The notes: a model not told the origin generated them from the letters alone. 64,000 nt of DNA from Rhizaria sp. SCN 62-66 (GCA_001724265.1 MEDY01000099.1:1-64000), one strand, 5' to 3'. Positions 21,013 through 33,358 are shown, counted from the first letter of the stretch. Made by a program: numbers and translations.

Positions 21013-24000
21013 ATGGATCAGCACGTCTCCGCCAGGCCCACGAGGACCCAGCGGCTTCTTGCGCTGGTTGCCAAGTATGTCCAGGCAAAGTACCCCACGG
21101 CAGTTGCGTCTGCTCCGCTCAGCTCTTCATTAGCTCCCACAGCGCCTGTCACAGTCCCCTTGCCCACCGACTCAGCAGCGCACCGCGACGCCGCCGTCGC
21201 CGTAGCAGAGCGCGCCTGGCTGCAGACCATCGCCCCCCAATCAGCCCCCGCGGCTTTTCCGCGCGCGTCTGACGTCACTCTTCCGTCTGCAGCCTCCGCG
21301 GCATCGCTGGCGGCAGGCGCAAGTTCATTGACAACAGCAACAGCAGTCTCCTCCTCGTCACCGCCACAGTTCTCACCGCCGCAGTTCTCACCGCCGCCAC
21401 CGCCGAGCGCCGAGCCCGCGCCGCTCTCCTCCGCGGCGCTGCTGCGCGACATGGCCGGCAGCGGCGTGCTTGACGCGCTATCCGCGATGCACACCGAGTG
21501 CGTGGCCGACATCGCGCCCACACTCGTGGCCGCCTGCGAACACAGGGTCGACGCTCTCATGCAGGCGCTCTTCCCCGGGATCACGCCTCCGCCGCCCACG
21601 ACCACGTGCCCCGTCTCCGCCGCGCTGGGCCCCGCCGCGGCCCCGCTGCCCGCCGACGTGGCCGCGTACTTGTCCGCGCACGTCGCGACCGCCAGCGCCA
21701 CAGCCGCCGCGGCCGCCGCGGCCGTGATCAGCGGCGACGCTGCGGTGGCCGGCTGGGACGGGGACTGGGCGCGCCTGCTTCCGCCCGTGCGGCTCGCGCT
21801 GGCGCACTATGACACGCCTGCCGTGCTGCCGCCGCCGTTGACGCTCTCAGCTGCCACTGCGATCGCGCTCGCTCTAGGCCCCCTCGAACCAAAGCGCTCG
21901 CGAGCGCTAGGGCAAGGACGCAAACGCACTGTGCCTGACCGTGACCATGATCGTGATCGTGGGCGTGATCGTGACCGTGACCGTGGGCGTGACCGTGGGC
22001 GCAGTCGTCGGAGTGGCCGGAGTCGAAGTAGTGACCGGAGCCGGAGCAGGGACAGGCGCAGTCGTGACCAAAGTCACAGTCTCAGTCCTCATCATCGATC
22101 TCTTAATGACTCGCGCCCGCTTTCTCGCTCTTAGCCGCATTGTCATCCTCACTCACGTCTACAGTCACGGTTACAGTCCGGCGCTCATTCACGCTCACGC
22201 TCTCGCTCTCACTCGCTGTCGCGATCGCGCTCCTGGTCACGCTCACGCTCACGCTCACCTTTGCGCCCACGGTCACGCTCACGCTCACCACCGCGCTCAC
22301 GCTCACGCTCACGCTCACCACCGCGCTCACGCTCACCACCGCGCTCACGCTCACCACGGTCGCGGCCACTCTCGCGGCCGCGGTCACGTTCGCCACCACG
22401 CCCACAATCACGCCCACGGTCACGTTCAAAGTCACGCTCATGGTCTCGCTCACGTTCTCAGTTGCGCTCCCCGCGCAGCGGCACAGCTTTTACCTCCGAC
22501 GATGACGCCAAACCTCGCGCGGAAGCTGCCGCAGATGCCTGCGCTGAATCTGCCGCTGAAGCTGACGCAGAAGCCGCCGCGGAGACTGCGGCGGAGGCAG
22601 AGAGTGTGCTCAAGTTCATGTCTCGTCTCTCAACGCTCTCCGCTGGCGAGCGCGCCGAGGTCTTCCGCGCGCACCCACACCTGGCGGCTTACCTTCCCGC
22701 CCCGGACACCCTCTCCACGCCCGCCGCGGCTCGCGCGCGTGTGTTTGCCGCACTCAACGCGCCCGCCGTCGCCGCTACGACCGCGCTGGCTCTCGCGCAA
22801 GCCGAATATGCCGCCGCACAGGCCGCCGTGGTCGCCGGGGCCGATCTGCGCACTGCGCGAGGCCGCGAGCGCGCGGCTGAGGCTGGCGCGAAGCTTCTCC
22901 TGCCACTGCTGCTCCCGCAAGCAACGGCCGCCACCTCGTCGCAGCAGACCGTTGCATCGATGTCCGAATCCGACACTGTCGCTGTCCCTGCACCCGTGAT
23001 GACTGATGCGAGTCGTCGTACCGATACGGACCGTGACCGTGAGGCTCTGGCAGCGGACTTCTCTGCAGCGCTGGCGCGGGCACTAGGCGCGTGTCCTGCG
23101 CTCCTGCCCGCGACGCCCGCCGCCGCCGCCACTGCAGGCGCGCTGTCCGCGGCCTGCGACCGCTGGCAAGCCGTGTTGTCAGTGCTGCGCTGTGCCCACA
23201 GCCGCGCGCGCGCCGCCGCAGAGCAGTGGGAAAACGAGGACGCCGTTACTGCCGCCGCCGCCGCTGCTCACGCTGACCGTGACCGTGAACGCTACAGCTC
23301 CTCAGCGCCCGAATCAACTCTCTCGCCTACTGGAACGCAAACGCAAACGATTACGCAGATGCAGACTCTGGCGCCTGCGGTGTCGTTGGCGCAATTCCGT
23401 CCCCGTTACCCGCCCGCGCCCGGCGCCGTGTTGTGCGTGTGCGGCGGCGCGTGCGACAGTCTGCTGCAAGGGCTGTTGCCGACGTACCTCGGCGGCGGCG
23501 TGTTCGCGCCGGGCCGCGCGGACCCGTACACGCACGCCCACGCGTTCGGTACGCGTGGGTCCGTGTGGTCCGCCGCCGCAGACGCCGCAGCAGACGTGCG
23601 CGCAGTGCCGCCACCGCCGCTAATCACTGCCGCCGCCGCTGCAGTGGCCACGGTCACGTCCCCAATGGCCGGCGCGGCGACGGCAGCGGCGGCGGAGTCG
23701 GCCGGACTGGTTGGCGACGGCGGGGGCGACGAAGTGTGGCGGCGCGAACAGATGTGGCAGCAACAGAACCGGAAGAAGCTCGAGATGATGCGCTATGGGA
23801 TGAAGAAGAGCGAGGTTGAAGAGAGTGTTGTCTATAAGTCTATCGGAACCTGGGGCCGGCTGCCGACTGCGCGGCCTACTGCGCCCGCTACGACTGCGGT
23901 CGCACCAGCCGGGGCGCCGGCGGCGGCGCCAGTGAGGCCGGGACGCATTCCACTCCGCAGCAAACCGGCGACGTTTAGTAGCACTACGCTGGGGGTTCCG

Positions 24001-24066
24001 GCGCCGATTTCGAGCAACGAGAGCCAGACGCAGAGCCAGACGCAGAATCAGGGCCAAACCAAGTGA
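21013..24066 (+). CDS. RS/RSP-repeat protein of unknown family (~1017 codons) interrupted by one in-frame TAG at 22132-22134
   Basis: Track ORFs 21007-22134 and 22261-24066 are in the same frame, and the 42 codons between them are open (PHCHPHSRLQSRLQSGAHSRSRSRS...). RS-rich composition is continuous across the TAG with no AT-rich spacer or intron. Ends TGA followed by an AT-rich UTR. Confidence 0.75.
21937..22460 (+). repeat. Coding tandem repeats: GACCGT-type hexamers (DR/RD) and TCACGC hexamers / CCGCGCTCACGCTCACCA units (RS, RSPP)
   Basis: Directly visible imperfect tandem arrays at ~21937-22000 and ~22185-22460. Confidence 0.85.
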
Positions 24067-24706
24067 TGTTTATTTGCGGGCATTGTTAACATGTTTCAAG
24101 TCAAAAAGACGCAGATTCTTTAATATCTTATTGTGGGTGTAATAAGTGGAATAAGACTATATGTTTTATATTTAATTACACTCTTTTATTTCGATCACTA
24201 TGTTACTATAGCACGCTTACTTAGCGCATTAGACTGATTTACACAGCGTTACATTGTCTCAAATCGTCTAATGTGTTGAGAATACACTAGTATTATCAAT
24301 ATTCCAGTCAGAATATTCAGGTTATAATTTACTTTTTTATTATTCATATGTTATGTCGTTGTTTTGAATCAATATGACTTTATTTCAAGTTGCTTCATAA
24401 CAAAATGACCCAATTTGTGCCCGTCCTGCGGATCTGAAGACAAAGTGGAGAGCAGAAGGCAGGTAGAGCAGGAAAAACGACCACATTAGTAGACGCATAG
24501 GATCCGACTAGTAGTCACATGCGACTATTTATGAAAACTTTGATGTTATTTGTATTGAATTCCTTATTACAAGCTTACAAAACTTTGACTGTCGTGTATT
24601 GTGCTCTATCATATTCCTCCTTAGAGAGTAACCGTTGCTCAGTCTTCCTTGACATCATTGAACAAGCAAGAGCGACACACACAGCCCTCACCAGACCCAC
24701 GCCGCG

Positions 24707-27700
24707 ATGAACCAAAACTCCCGCGGGGGTGCGTCTTACGGACGCGGTGGCGGCAACAGCTTACAGTCTGGTAATGCGCCTGGAGGCTACGCCAACCTGG
24801 CCGTGTCCAAATTCGCCAAAACGCGCGCTGCAGCCTCCGACGCCTCCCCCGCAAGCACTGTACTCCCCGTCTCCGGCCCTGCCAGCGCTTTGCTGCGCGG
24901 CAACGTTTCACGCTACATCCGCAACGACAAAATGTCCCTCGCGCACGCAGCCGTCACGATCCCACTGACTGCGCCCGCGTCGATGGAGACCCCCCACGCG
25001 TTACCTGCCGCGACCCGCGACGCGGCGTACCGCGAGTTCCTCGTCCGCTACGCGCAGCGCCTGGGCGTCACGCCCACGGACGCGCTGCTCAAGGACCTGG
25101 CGCGGCACGTGCGCCGCGACCAGCTTGCTGTAGTGCCGCTGTGGCGCGCGCATGGCTACAAGCGTGACGAAGTTATAGTCGCTCCGCTCGAGCTCGCTGA
25201 CCGGTCACACGCCGCCGCCGCAGCGGCCGCCGCAGCCGCAGCAGCAGCTGCAGCCGCCGCGGCCGCTGCGGAAGAGGCCGCGATTGGCGACATGGGCGTC
25301 TCAATCCTCAACGCAGGCAGCGGCAGCGGGGGCCACAACAACAACAACAGCGGCGGCGGCAGCGGTGTTCCCTTAGGCCCGCCCTCTGCCAACACTATCT
25401 ACGCGCCTTCTTCCTCTTCGTCATCCTCATCGTCCTCCTCTTTGGCCGGCACCGCGACATCGGGCATCGCTGCTGGCGCGGGCGCGGGTTCGGGCTCTCT
25501 CGCCGCCGCCGCCGCGCCGCTGGCCCCGCTCCCTCGCGGCGCCGCCGTCGCGCACGAAACGCGCACCGCGCTTGCACTGCGTGTCGCGCGCGCCGAGCGG
25601 GACGCCTTCGTGGCCGCCGCGCCCGCCGCCGCCACAGCAGCCTCCGCAGCGCCCTCCGCGGCCGCCGTCGCCGCCGCCGCGGGCCCGCTCCCTGGCGCCG
25701 GCGCGGGCCGCCTGCTGAACCAAACTCAGGCCGCGCGCCGCGCCGGCCGCCGCGCGCGGGCCGCGGTCGGGGGAAGTGCCGCTGGCGCCGCCGCCGCGCC
25801 GCTGTTTCCACTGCCTGTGTTGGCGGCGCACGCGCGCGCGATGGCCCCGGAGTTCCCTCGCCCCCCTAGCGCAGACCGCGACCGTGACAGTGAGCATGAC
25901 CGTGGGCTTGATCGCTTCAGTAGCCACCATAGGAGCGAGCGCGACCGTGACCGTGAGCGCGCAAGTGACCGTGAGCGCGCAAGTGACCGTGAGCGCAGAG
26001 GCTCTGCCGCCCGGCGCACCTCGCTACCGCGGCCGCAGTCGCCAGACTCGCCCACCTCAACCTCGGCCGCCGGCTCCTCCCTCCACAGCGGCAGTGCCAG
26101 TTTTGGCGACGTCATCGCTCCCGCGACGGGCGTGGCGTACCCGCCGTTTCTGCTCCCGCCTGCGCCCGGCGCCACGGGACTCGACCCCCTCGCGTCGCTG
26201 CTCGCCGCGCGCAACGCGCCGCCCTCCGGCGCCGCCGCGGCCGCCGCAGCCGCAGCCGCGATTGCAGCCAGCGCGGGCGGCGCCGCCGCCGCCGGGGTCG
26301 GACTGGGCGCGGGCGCGGGCGGCGGCGCGGGGATGCTGTCGACGGCAGCCGCCAATGCGGTCGGCTACGGCATGGACGCCAACGTCGCCGTGCTGCAGTC
26401 GGCCGCCGCCGCGCGATACCGGCCCCAGCAGCAGCAGCTTCAACAGCTTCAGCAGCAGCAGCAGCAGCAGGGCAGCGGCGTGCAGCCGCAGCATTACACA
26501 GCCGCCGGCGGGAACAACAGCAATAGTGGTGCTGAAGTGCGCCGACTGGCCATTGCACGCTCTGTGGCCGCGCAAAAGGCCGCCCAGGACGCGCGCGCAG
26601 GCCCGCTGACTGCGGCGGCGGCGTGGGGCGACGAGAGCGCGCTCCTGGCCGCCGCAGACGGCGCCGGCGCGCGCGCGCCCTCGTTCACAGCGCAGCACGC
26701 CGGCGGCGGCATGCAGTCCCCACAACAGAGGTAGTCGGGACAGTCGGGGCTGGCCGCGAGCGCGGCGGCGAGCGCGGCCCTGGCGCCGCTGGCCATCACG
26801 CTGACGACCGCGCAGCAGCTGGAGCGCCAGCAGCAGGCGCGGCTGCAGCTGCAGCAGCAGCAGCAAGCACAGCTCCAGCTGCAACAGCAGCTCAAGTTCG
26901 GCCCCGGGCGCTCCGCCGCCGCAGCCGCAGCCGCCGCGGCCGCGGGCACGGCGAACGCGCTCGACGCGGCCGCCGCCGCTGAGGCCGCCGCGGCCGCGGG
27001 CGGGAGCGGGCTTACGGCTGCAATCCTCTCGCTCCCACGGCCCTCCGCCGCCGGTCTGCGCCTGCTGACCGGGCTCAACGCGAGCCTGGACGCGGCGCGC
27101 GGCGCGGCGGACGCGGTGCAGCTGGTGACCGTCTGGCGCAAGCGCGAGCGCGAGGAGCGCAAGAAGCGCGAAATCGCCGAGCTCGAGGCGTTGCGCGCGC
27201 GCAGGCAGGCCAAGGTCTCCGCGGCGGCCGCGGCGGCGGCGACAGCCAGCGCGGCCGCAGCCAGAGAAGGCACCGACACCTGGACCAGCCGCTCCTCAGC
27301 CACGTCCTCCTCTTCTGCTGCGGCCGCTGCGGCTGCTGCGGCGGCGGCGGCACAGGCGGCGCGCGAGGAAGCCGAGGAAGAGGCCGCGTATCACCGCGCG
27401 GGCCTTGCGCTGCTGCAGCTTATCAACCGCACAGAGGAAGATGACGACGCTGACGAGGCCGCCGCCGCCGCAGCCGCAGCAGCCGTCGCGGCCGCGGGCG
27501 GCGCGACGCCCGGTGCGGGGCTCGGGCTTGCGCTGGCGCCCGTAATCGAGGACGGTGGCGGCGTTCTGGGGCTTGCAGCACAGATCGCAGCCGCGGACGC
27601 GCGCTCAGCCGCAGATGCTGCCGCAGCCGCCGCAGCCGCTCAGCCCTACATTAGCCGCCGCACGACCGCGCCCGCCGGCGCCGCGCTGGCTCCCAACGTG

Positions 27701-30700
27701 TCCCCGCGGCGCTCCGGCGGCGCGGCGGCCTCCGCGGCGGCCACTGGGGCGGCTGCAGCGACCGCGGCGGCGGCGACGCCCGCGTCTGTGGCTTTCGCCG
27801 CGGCGGCCTCCGCGAGCGCGGCGGCGGCGCTGACTACGGCGGCCGTATCGTTTGACCAGACCGCGTGGTATGCTGCAGTCGCGCTTACCTCGGTCGGGCT
27901 CGGCCAGGGCTCCGCGCTGGCGTCAGGTGCGCCTGCGCCGGGCACCGACGCCGCTGCTGCCGCGGCTGCGGGCGCGGGCATCGACGCCGTTGACTCTGCC
28001 GTAGCGCCCATCACCGCTCCGAGCCTGTCCGGGAGGGCGCGCTCCGGCAGCGACGCCACTCCGCATGGCCACGGCTACGGCCATGGGCACAGTCGCGCGC
28101 AGTCGCAGTCTGCGCGCGGTTCGGCCTCTCTGGAATCCAGCGAGGCCGGCAATGATGTCGAGGCGGGCTCGCGCGCGGCCGAGCGCCAGCGCCTGTCGTC
28201 GCTGCTGTTGGCGCTGCCCATGGCGCTCAACCCCGCTGCCACCGCCGCGCGCGCCGCCGCCGCTGCCGCCGTGGGGCCTGCCGGTCACAGCGCGGGCTCC
28301 GACTCCGACGCCGACGCCGACACGGGCGACGACGGCGACGACGACGCGGCTGCGGACGGTGCGCTGTCGGCCCGTGGCGGAGAGCAGTCGCAGGCGCAGG
28401 GCCAGGCGCTGCGCACGAAGCAGCTCGCCGCACGCGTGCACAACGTCGCGCGCGCCGTCTTCGGACCCGCGGGCAGACACGGCGCGCACAACGAGCAGCA
28501 GCTGCATCAGCAGCAGCAGCACCCCGCATCCCCTGACTTCGCTTCAACCCCCGTATCCGCAGGTGGCGCCGAGGGCTCGGTCTCTTCGGCTGTCTCCGCG
28601 GCCGCAGCTGCAGCGCTGGCTACCGCGGCGGCCGCAGAGCGCCAAGCGCGCGCGCGCGGCAAGGCCCGCGAAGCGCGTCGGCGCGTGCGGCACGGCTTCC
28701 GCAAGAACAAGCTGTTTCACCCCGAGGAGTTCAACGGCCCGCGCTACGGCGGCGTCGTGTTCCCGTCCTCTAACAACGGCGCCCAAGGCGGCGCGGTGAC
28801 GGGCCGCGGCCGGGGTCAGATCGACGGCAAGAGCAAGGGCGACGGCAATGCCGACGGCGGCGACGGCGACGGCGCGCACACGCTGCACAGCCTGGTCAAG
28901 GCCGACGCTGTGGGCGTTGACAGCGACGATAGCGAGTACTGGTACGAGCCCTACGAGCTGCACAAGCGCGTTGTCGACGAAAAGAGCGATGACGATGACG
29001 ACGACGCAGCCGCCGCCGCGGCCGCCGCAGCCGCCGCAGCCTCCACCTCCGGCGCTGGCGCAAGCGCAGGCAGCGGCTCTGGAGCCACGTCCGCAGGCTC
29101 TGACGCTCCTGGCACTGCAGCGGACGCGGACCGCGCTGCCACTGGCTCCGCGGCAAGCGGCAACCCCGCAGCGGCCCCCAACACGAGCGGCGGCGGCAGC
29201 AGCGTGAACGTGGACGAGTACGGCGAACGCAAACTGCACACGCCGCACCCGTCGTTCGCGTTCCCGCGCACGGGCGCGGCGCACTCGTTCCTGCGCCTGT
29301 CGCCCTCGCGCATGGTGCTGCTGGGGCTCGACCGCGGCTGGTCCGGCTACACGGCACTGTCTTTCCGCGCGTTCACGCACGCAGAGACGCACGCGATCAA
29401 CGCGCCGAAGCTCATCGCGCAGATCCGCACGCCATTGTCGCTACCGCCGCGCCTGGTGCCGACGCTGCACCGGCTCTTCCTGCTGTCCTTCCCGTCTGAC
29501 GTGTTCCGCAACCACTACGGCAAGCCCGACATGGATGCCGTGGCCGCCGTGGTGCTGTCCGAGCCCGCCGTGCGGCTCACTGAGCTCACCGCGCATTATC
29601 TCTACCACTCTATCTTCCCCGCGCCCGCCACCGCGACCGCGACGACACTCAGCACCGTGGGGCTGCCAGAGGGCTTTGTGGCCGGCGGCGCGCTGTCGGC
29701 GGCGCAGCAGCAGGACCTGGCGCTCGCCATCGTGCTGCTGCACCGGGAGATCGACCGCGCCCTGCGCGGTTCACGCGCGCGCGCGTACTCACTGCTACTC
29801 GCGCCGCTGCTGCTGGACTGCGTCGAGGCCGTCGTGCTGGCAGTATTCCGCACGAAGTTCTCCGAGTGGTTCCTCTCAGAGATGGCTGAGCCCACCGAGC
29901 GTCTCGTCGCCACTGCAGTCAACAGGCTCATGGGCATGGAGGCCGCGCTGCCGCCGGTGACCGCCACCTCCGCCGCGGCCGCGGGCCCTGCCGACGCAGT
30001 TGCGAACGCGACGAGTCACAGCTATCACTCGACCGGCTTGCTCGCCACGCACCACGGCGGCGGCAACGGCGAGCGGATTGCGCACATGCGCCCGCTCCCG
30101 TCCTCCGTGCCGTCTTCCTTCGCGGCTGCCGCGGTGGCGGGCACTGCCGCAGCGGCGTCACTGTCAGCGCACGCGACCGCGCCGCCGCCGTCGTTTGCGT
30201 CCCCGCTGCTGCTGGCCGACGTGCACTTCATCCGCCGTCTCACGGGTCTCGCTTTCCCGCGCGGCGCGTCCTCGCTTGCGGCCCCGCGCCGCACGCTCAC
30301 GCACGACCCCGCGGCCAACACTACCGCGACTGTGTTTAACGCCGCAACTGGGGGCGCTGGTGCTGACACTGCGGACAACACGATGCAGCTACACATGCAG
30401 ATGCGCTCCGCAGCGCCGTTACCGCCCACCGTCGCCTCCGCCGTGCGCGGATGGGGCAGCGCTGCATTGGCACCAGCATCCTCTGCATCGGCGTCAGCCT
30501 CAGCTTCAGCCTCAGCCTCAGCATCGTCGTTTCCCGCGACAGCGCGGCTATTCGACGCGAGTGTCGCGTGCGTGGACCCTATCTCGCTGCCGCCGCTGGT
30601 GCACGCCGTCGTCGCGCGCACTGCGGCCGCCTTCGCGCTGCTCGCGCCCGTCGCCACGGGACTGCGCGGCGTCGAGGCGCGCCGGTTGCTCTCAGGCCCC

Positions 30701-32581
30701 TACGTCGGCCAGCAACAGCCCGGCCGCGCTGTCGTGCTCGCACGCGCCGCCGCAGCCCGGAACGGCGGCGGTGACTCTGACGCTGAGGCGGTTGCCGGCG
30801 TCAGTCCTGCGGCCGCCGCTGCGGCGCTGGGCGTGCTCGCGTCTGTGGGCGTCGAGCCAGAGCAAGTACCCACGGTCGCGCGTGCGCGTGGCTGGAACGA
30901 GATTCTGCTCGCGCTCGCGGGCCGGGCCGCGGCTGAGGACATGGTCGTGCCTGTCTGGCTTCAGTACCAGGCTCAGGCGCAGGCGCAGTCTCAAGCTCAG
31001 GCACAGATGCAGCTGAACGAAGCCGCCAAAGCACGCACGAACGGCCGGCCCGCAGCTGGCTTTGGCGGCATGCGCGCTGAGATCATCCCTGCACACGCAC
31101 AGACCACGCAGCACTCGCACGCCATCCCCGTTGCTGCACCTGCTGCTTCAACTGCTACCCCTCGCATACTTAATGCGGCGCTCTCCGCGCCTTCGTCTTC
31201 GAAGCCGCCCTCCGGCTCTGGAGCCGCTGCAACGACCGGCGCCAGTGCTGCGACTGCGCGCCCGTCACGCCTTGCGACTTTGTCTCTGCTCCCGGCCTCC
31301 GCGCCTGGTGCTGCTGCGGCGCCCACGCTGCGCGATTTTAACAGCGGCCCCTCAGCTGCCACTGCGAATGTACGTGTGCCTGTGGGCGTCTTTGTCTTCG
31401 CTGGCGGCGCTGTCACGCCAGCTGTCGTTGCAGCTTCTGACGCATCGGCGCGCGCGCTCGTAGGCTCTGACCACGGACTCGAGCATTCGCAGAACCAGAG
31501 TCAGAGTCAGCTGTGGTGCCTCAGCACGATGTCCTCAGTGCCCAGCGCACTGCGCCGCGAGCCAGCGCCCGTGCTCTCACGCGCCACCACCGCGGCCGAG
31601 CCCGGCGCGCGCCCCGTGAGCTCAATGACGTCGCCGCTCGTCGCGGCCGCCGCGGCGTCGCTTGCCGCCTCCGCAGCAGGCATTGCGCGACCGACGTACA
31701 CGCGCACTCAGACGTTTGTGCCGGCCTCGTTTGACTCTCACGCAGCGGCGGCTCAGGAGACGCAGCAGCTCACGTCTGCGCCGCTGCTGCCGTTGACTGG
31801 CATCGTGTTCACGTCTCCAGAGCACCAACGTGGCGGCGCTTTTTCCGACGCACAGCCCAGCCCCAGCTCGCCCGCGCGCGTGCGCTCGCGGCCGTCATCG
31901 TCGTCGCTGACGTCGATGACGCAGTCCCAGTCCCTGGCGGCACCGCTGACGCAGGCTATCTGGCGCGGCGTTGGCGCGGGCTCGTCTACCACGACTGTAT
32001 CCGCAGCCGAGGCAGGTTTTGTGCCCTCTGCCGCGCTGTATCTGGACACGGTGAAGGCGAGCGCGCAAACGATCTCGCGCGACGCCGCCGCCGTGCTCGC
32101 CGCGGCCGCAGCCACCGACGCAGTCGCCTGCGCGCACAACGCAGCCGCGGCCGCCAACGCACTCCTGGCCAGTCCCGGCGCGGCGGCGACGCCCGCGGGC
32201 GGCAGCCCCGGTAGCCGCGACGCGGCCCGGCTTGCGCTCACCGCGCCCCGGCTCGGTGTCTGGACCGGGGGACTCAGCTCCACAGCGAGCGCGTCCACCA
32301 CGAGTCCTGCGAAGAGCAGAGGCCACGACCTATCGGGCACCGGCGCAGTCGCTGGCGCTGCGGTGTCCGGCACGGGCCAGCCTCTGAGAGCGCTTGCAGC
32401 CGAGATTGCGGTGCCGCTGGTGTACCAAGACCGCATGGCGACGGTGTCGTCAGCCGTGGGCGCTGGGCGTGGTGGCAAGGGCGTGGGCGGGACGCGTGCG
32501 CCGATGCAGACTTCGGTCGCGTTCCAGTACACGCAGCGCTATGTGCTTGACCAAGGAAGCAAGGATGACGACAAGAAGTGA
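24707..32581 (+). CDS. Large Ala-rich protein of unknown function (~2624 codons) interrupted by one in-frame TAG at 26732-26734
   Basis: Track ORFs 24707-26734 and 27116-32581 are in the same frame, and the 127 codons between them are open and coding-like (SGQSGLAASAAASAALAPLAITLTTAQQLERQQQARLQLQQQ...). No AT-rich spacer. A globular-looking helical region lies at ~29236-29940. Ends TGA followed by an AT-rich UTR. Confidence 0.75.
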
Positions 32582-33358
32582 TTATCCAATTATTACAATC
32601 TCTTTCTCTTTATTTAGCCCCTATTTTACTCATACACTAGTTCCATTTCATTTCTTTACCAAAAACAAACTTGTGAGTCAAAACGATTTTTTGGAATATA
32701 ATGCGCCTATATCTTTGAATCTTCACAAAAAATAGTGATATATGATGTAAATGAAAAAAATGTTTACTAGATACACTTTTATCTGCATAAAACAAATATT
32801 ATGGTGAGAAAAGTGGCAAAAACAATAGGAATTTGAGGCGGCTCGGCGAAAATTTCAACTCTAGATAGTGAATGATATAAAATGAAAAAATGTAATTATT
32901 CTGTGACCGTATTTATTTTTGAATGCTAGAAACAATTTCATCTATAAAATAGGAAAAATAATGATTATATAAAGCATATTACTTAAGGCAGCATATCTGG
33001 CAGGAAAGAACGCGTATTGAAAAGCAAAGAGCCCGATTTTATTGATGACAAGCGATCTCGAAAGGGCATAGCAGAGAAAGAGCTCATAATCGAAAAAGAA
33101 TCAGAGGAACTAATTGATCAGCTTCGTGGCTGATGACAAGGAAAATATGAAACAGCAACAATAAAAACATGAAATTGGGACGGTACAAAAGGACTCGCAG
33201 ATCATTCTGTGGGTGTACAAATAAAAACTGGAGAAGAGAAAATACGTTTTCGCTGCTGGCAAACTCAGACGCAGTCGCGGTACCTCGCCTTAGTTCGAGA
33301 CGACATAGCGTGCAATTCCGAGAGTGCCTCGCACAGCGGGCGCCAGGCGCGAGCGTGC

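Noticed and set aside
22261-22370. Direct repeats resembling a CRISPR array or satellite
   Set aside because: No unique spacers, and the units are in-frame RS/RSPP codons in a eukaryotic gene.
26731-26743. 13-nt micro-intron GTAGTCGGGACAG removing the TAG
   Set aside because: It would shift the frame away from the long downstream ORF and is far shorter than the 137-174 nt introns seen here.
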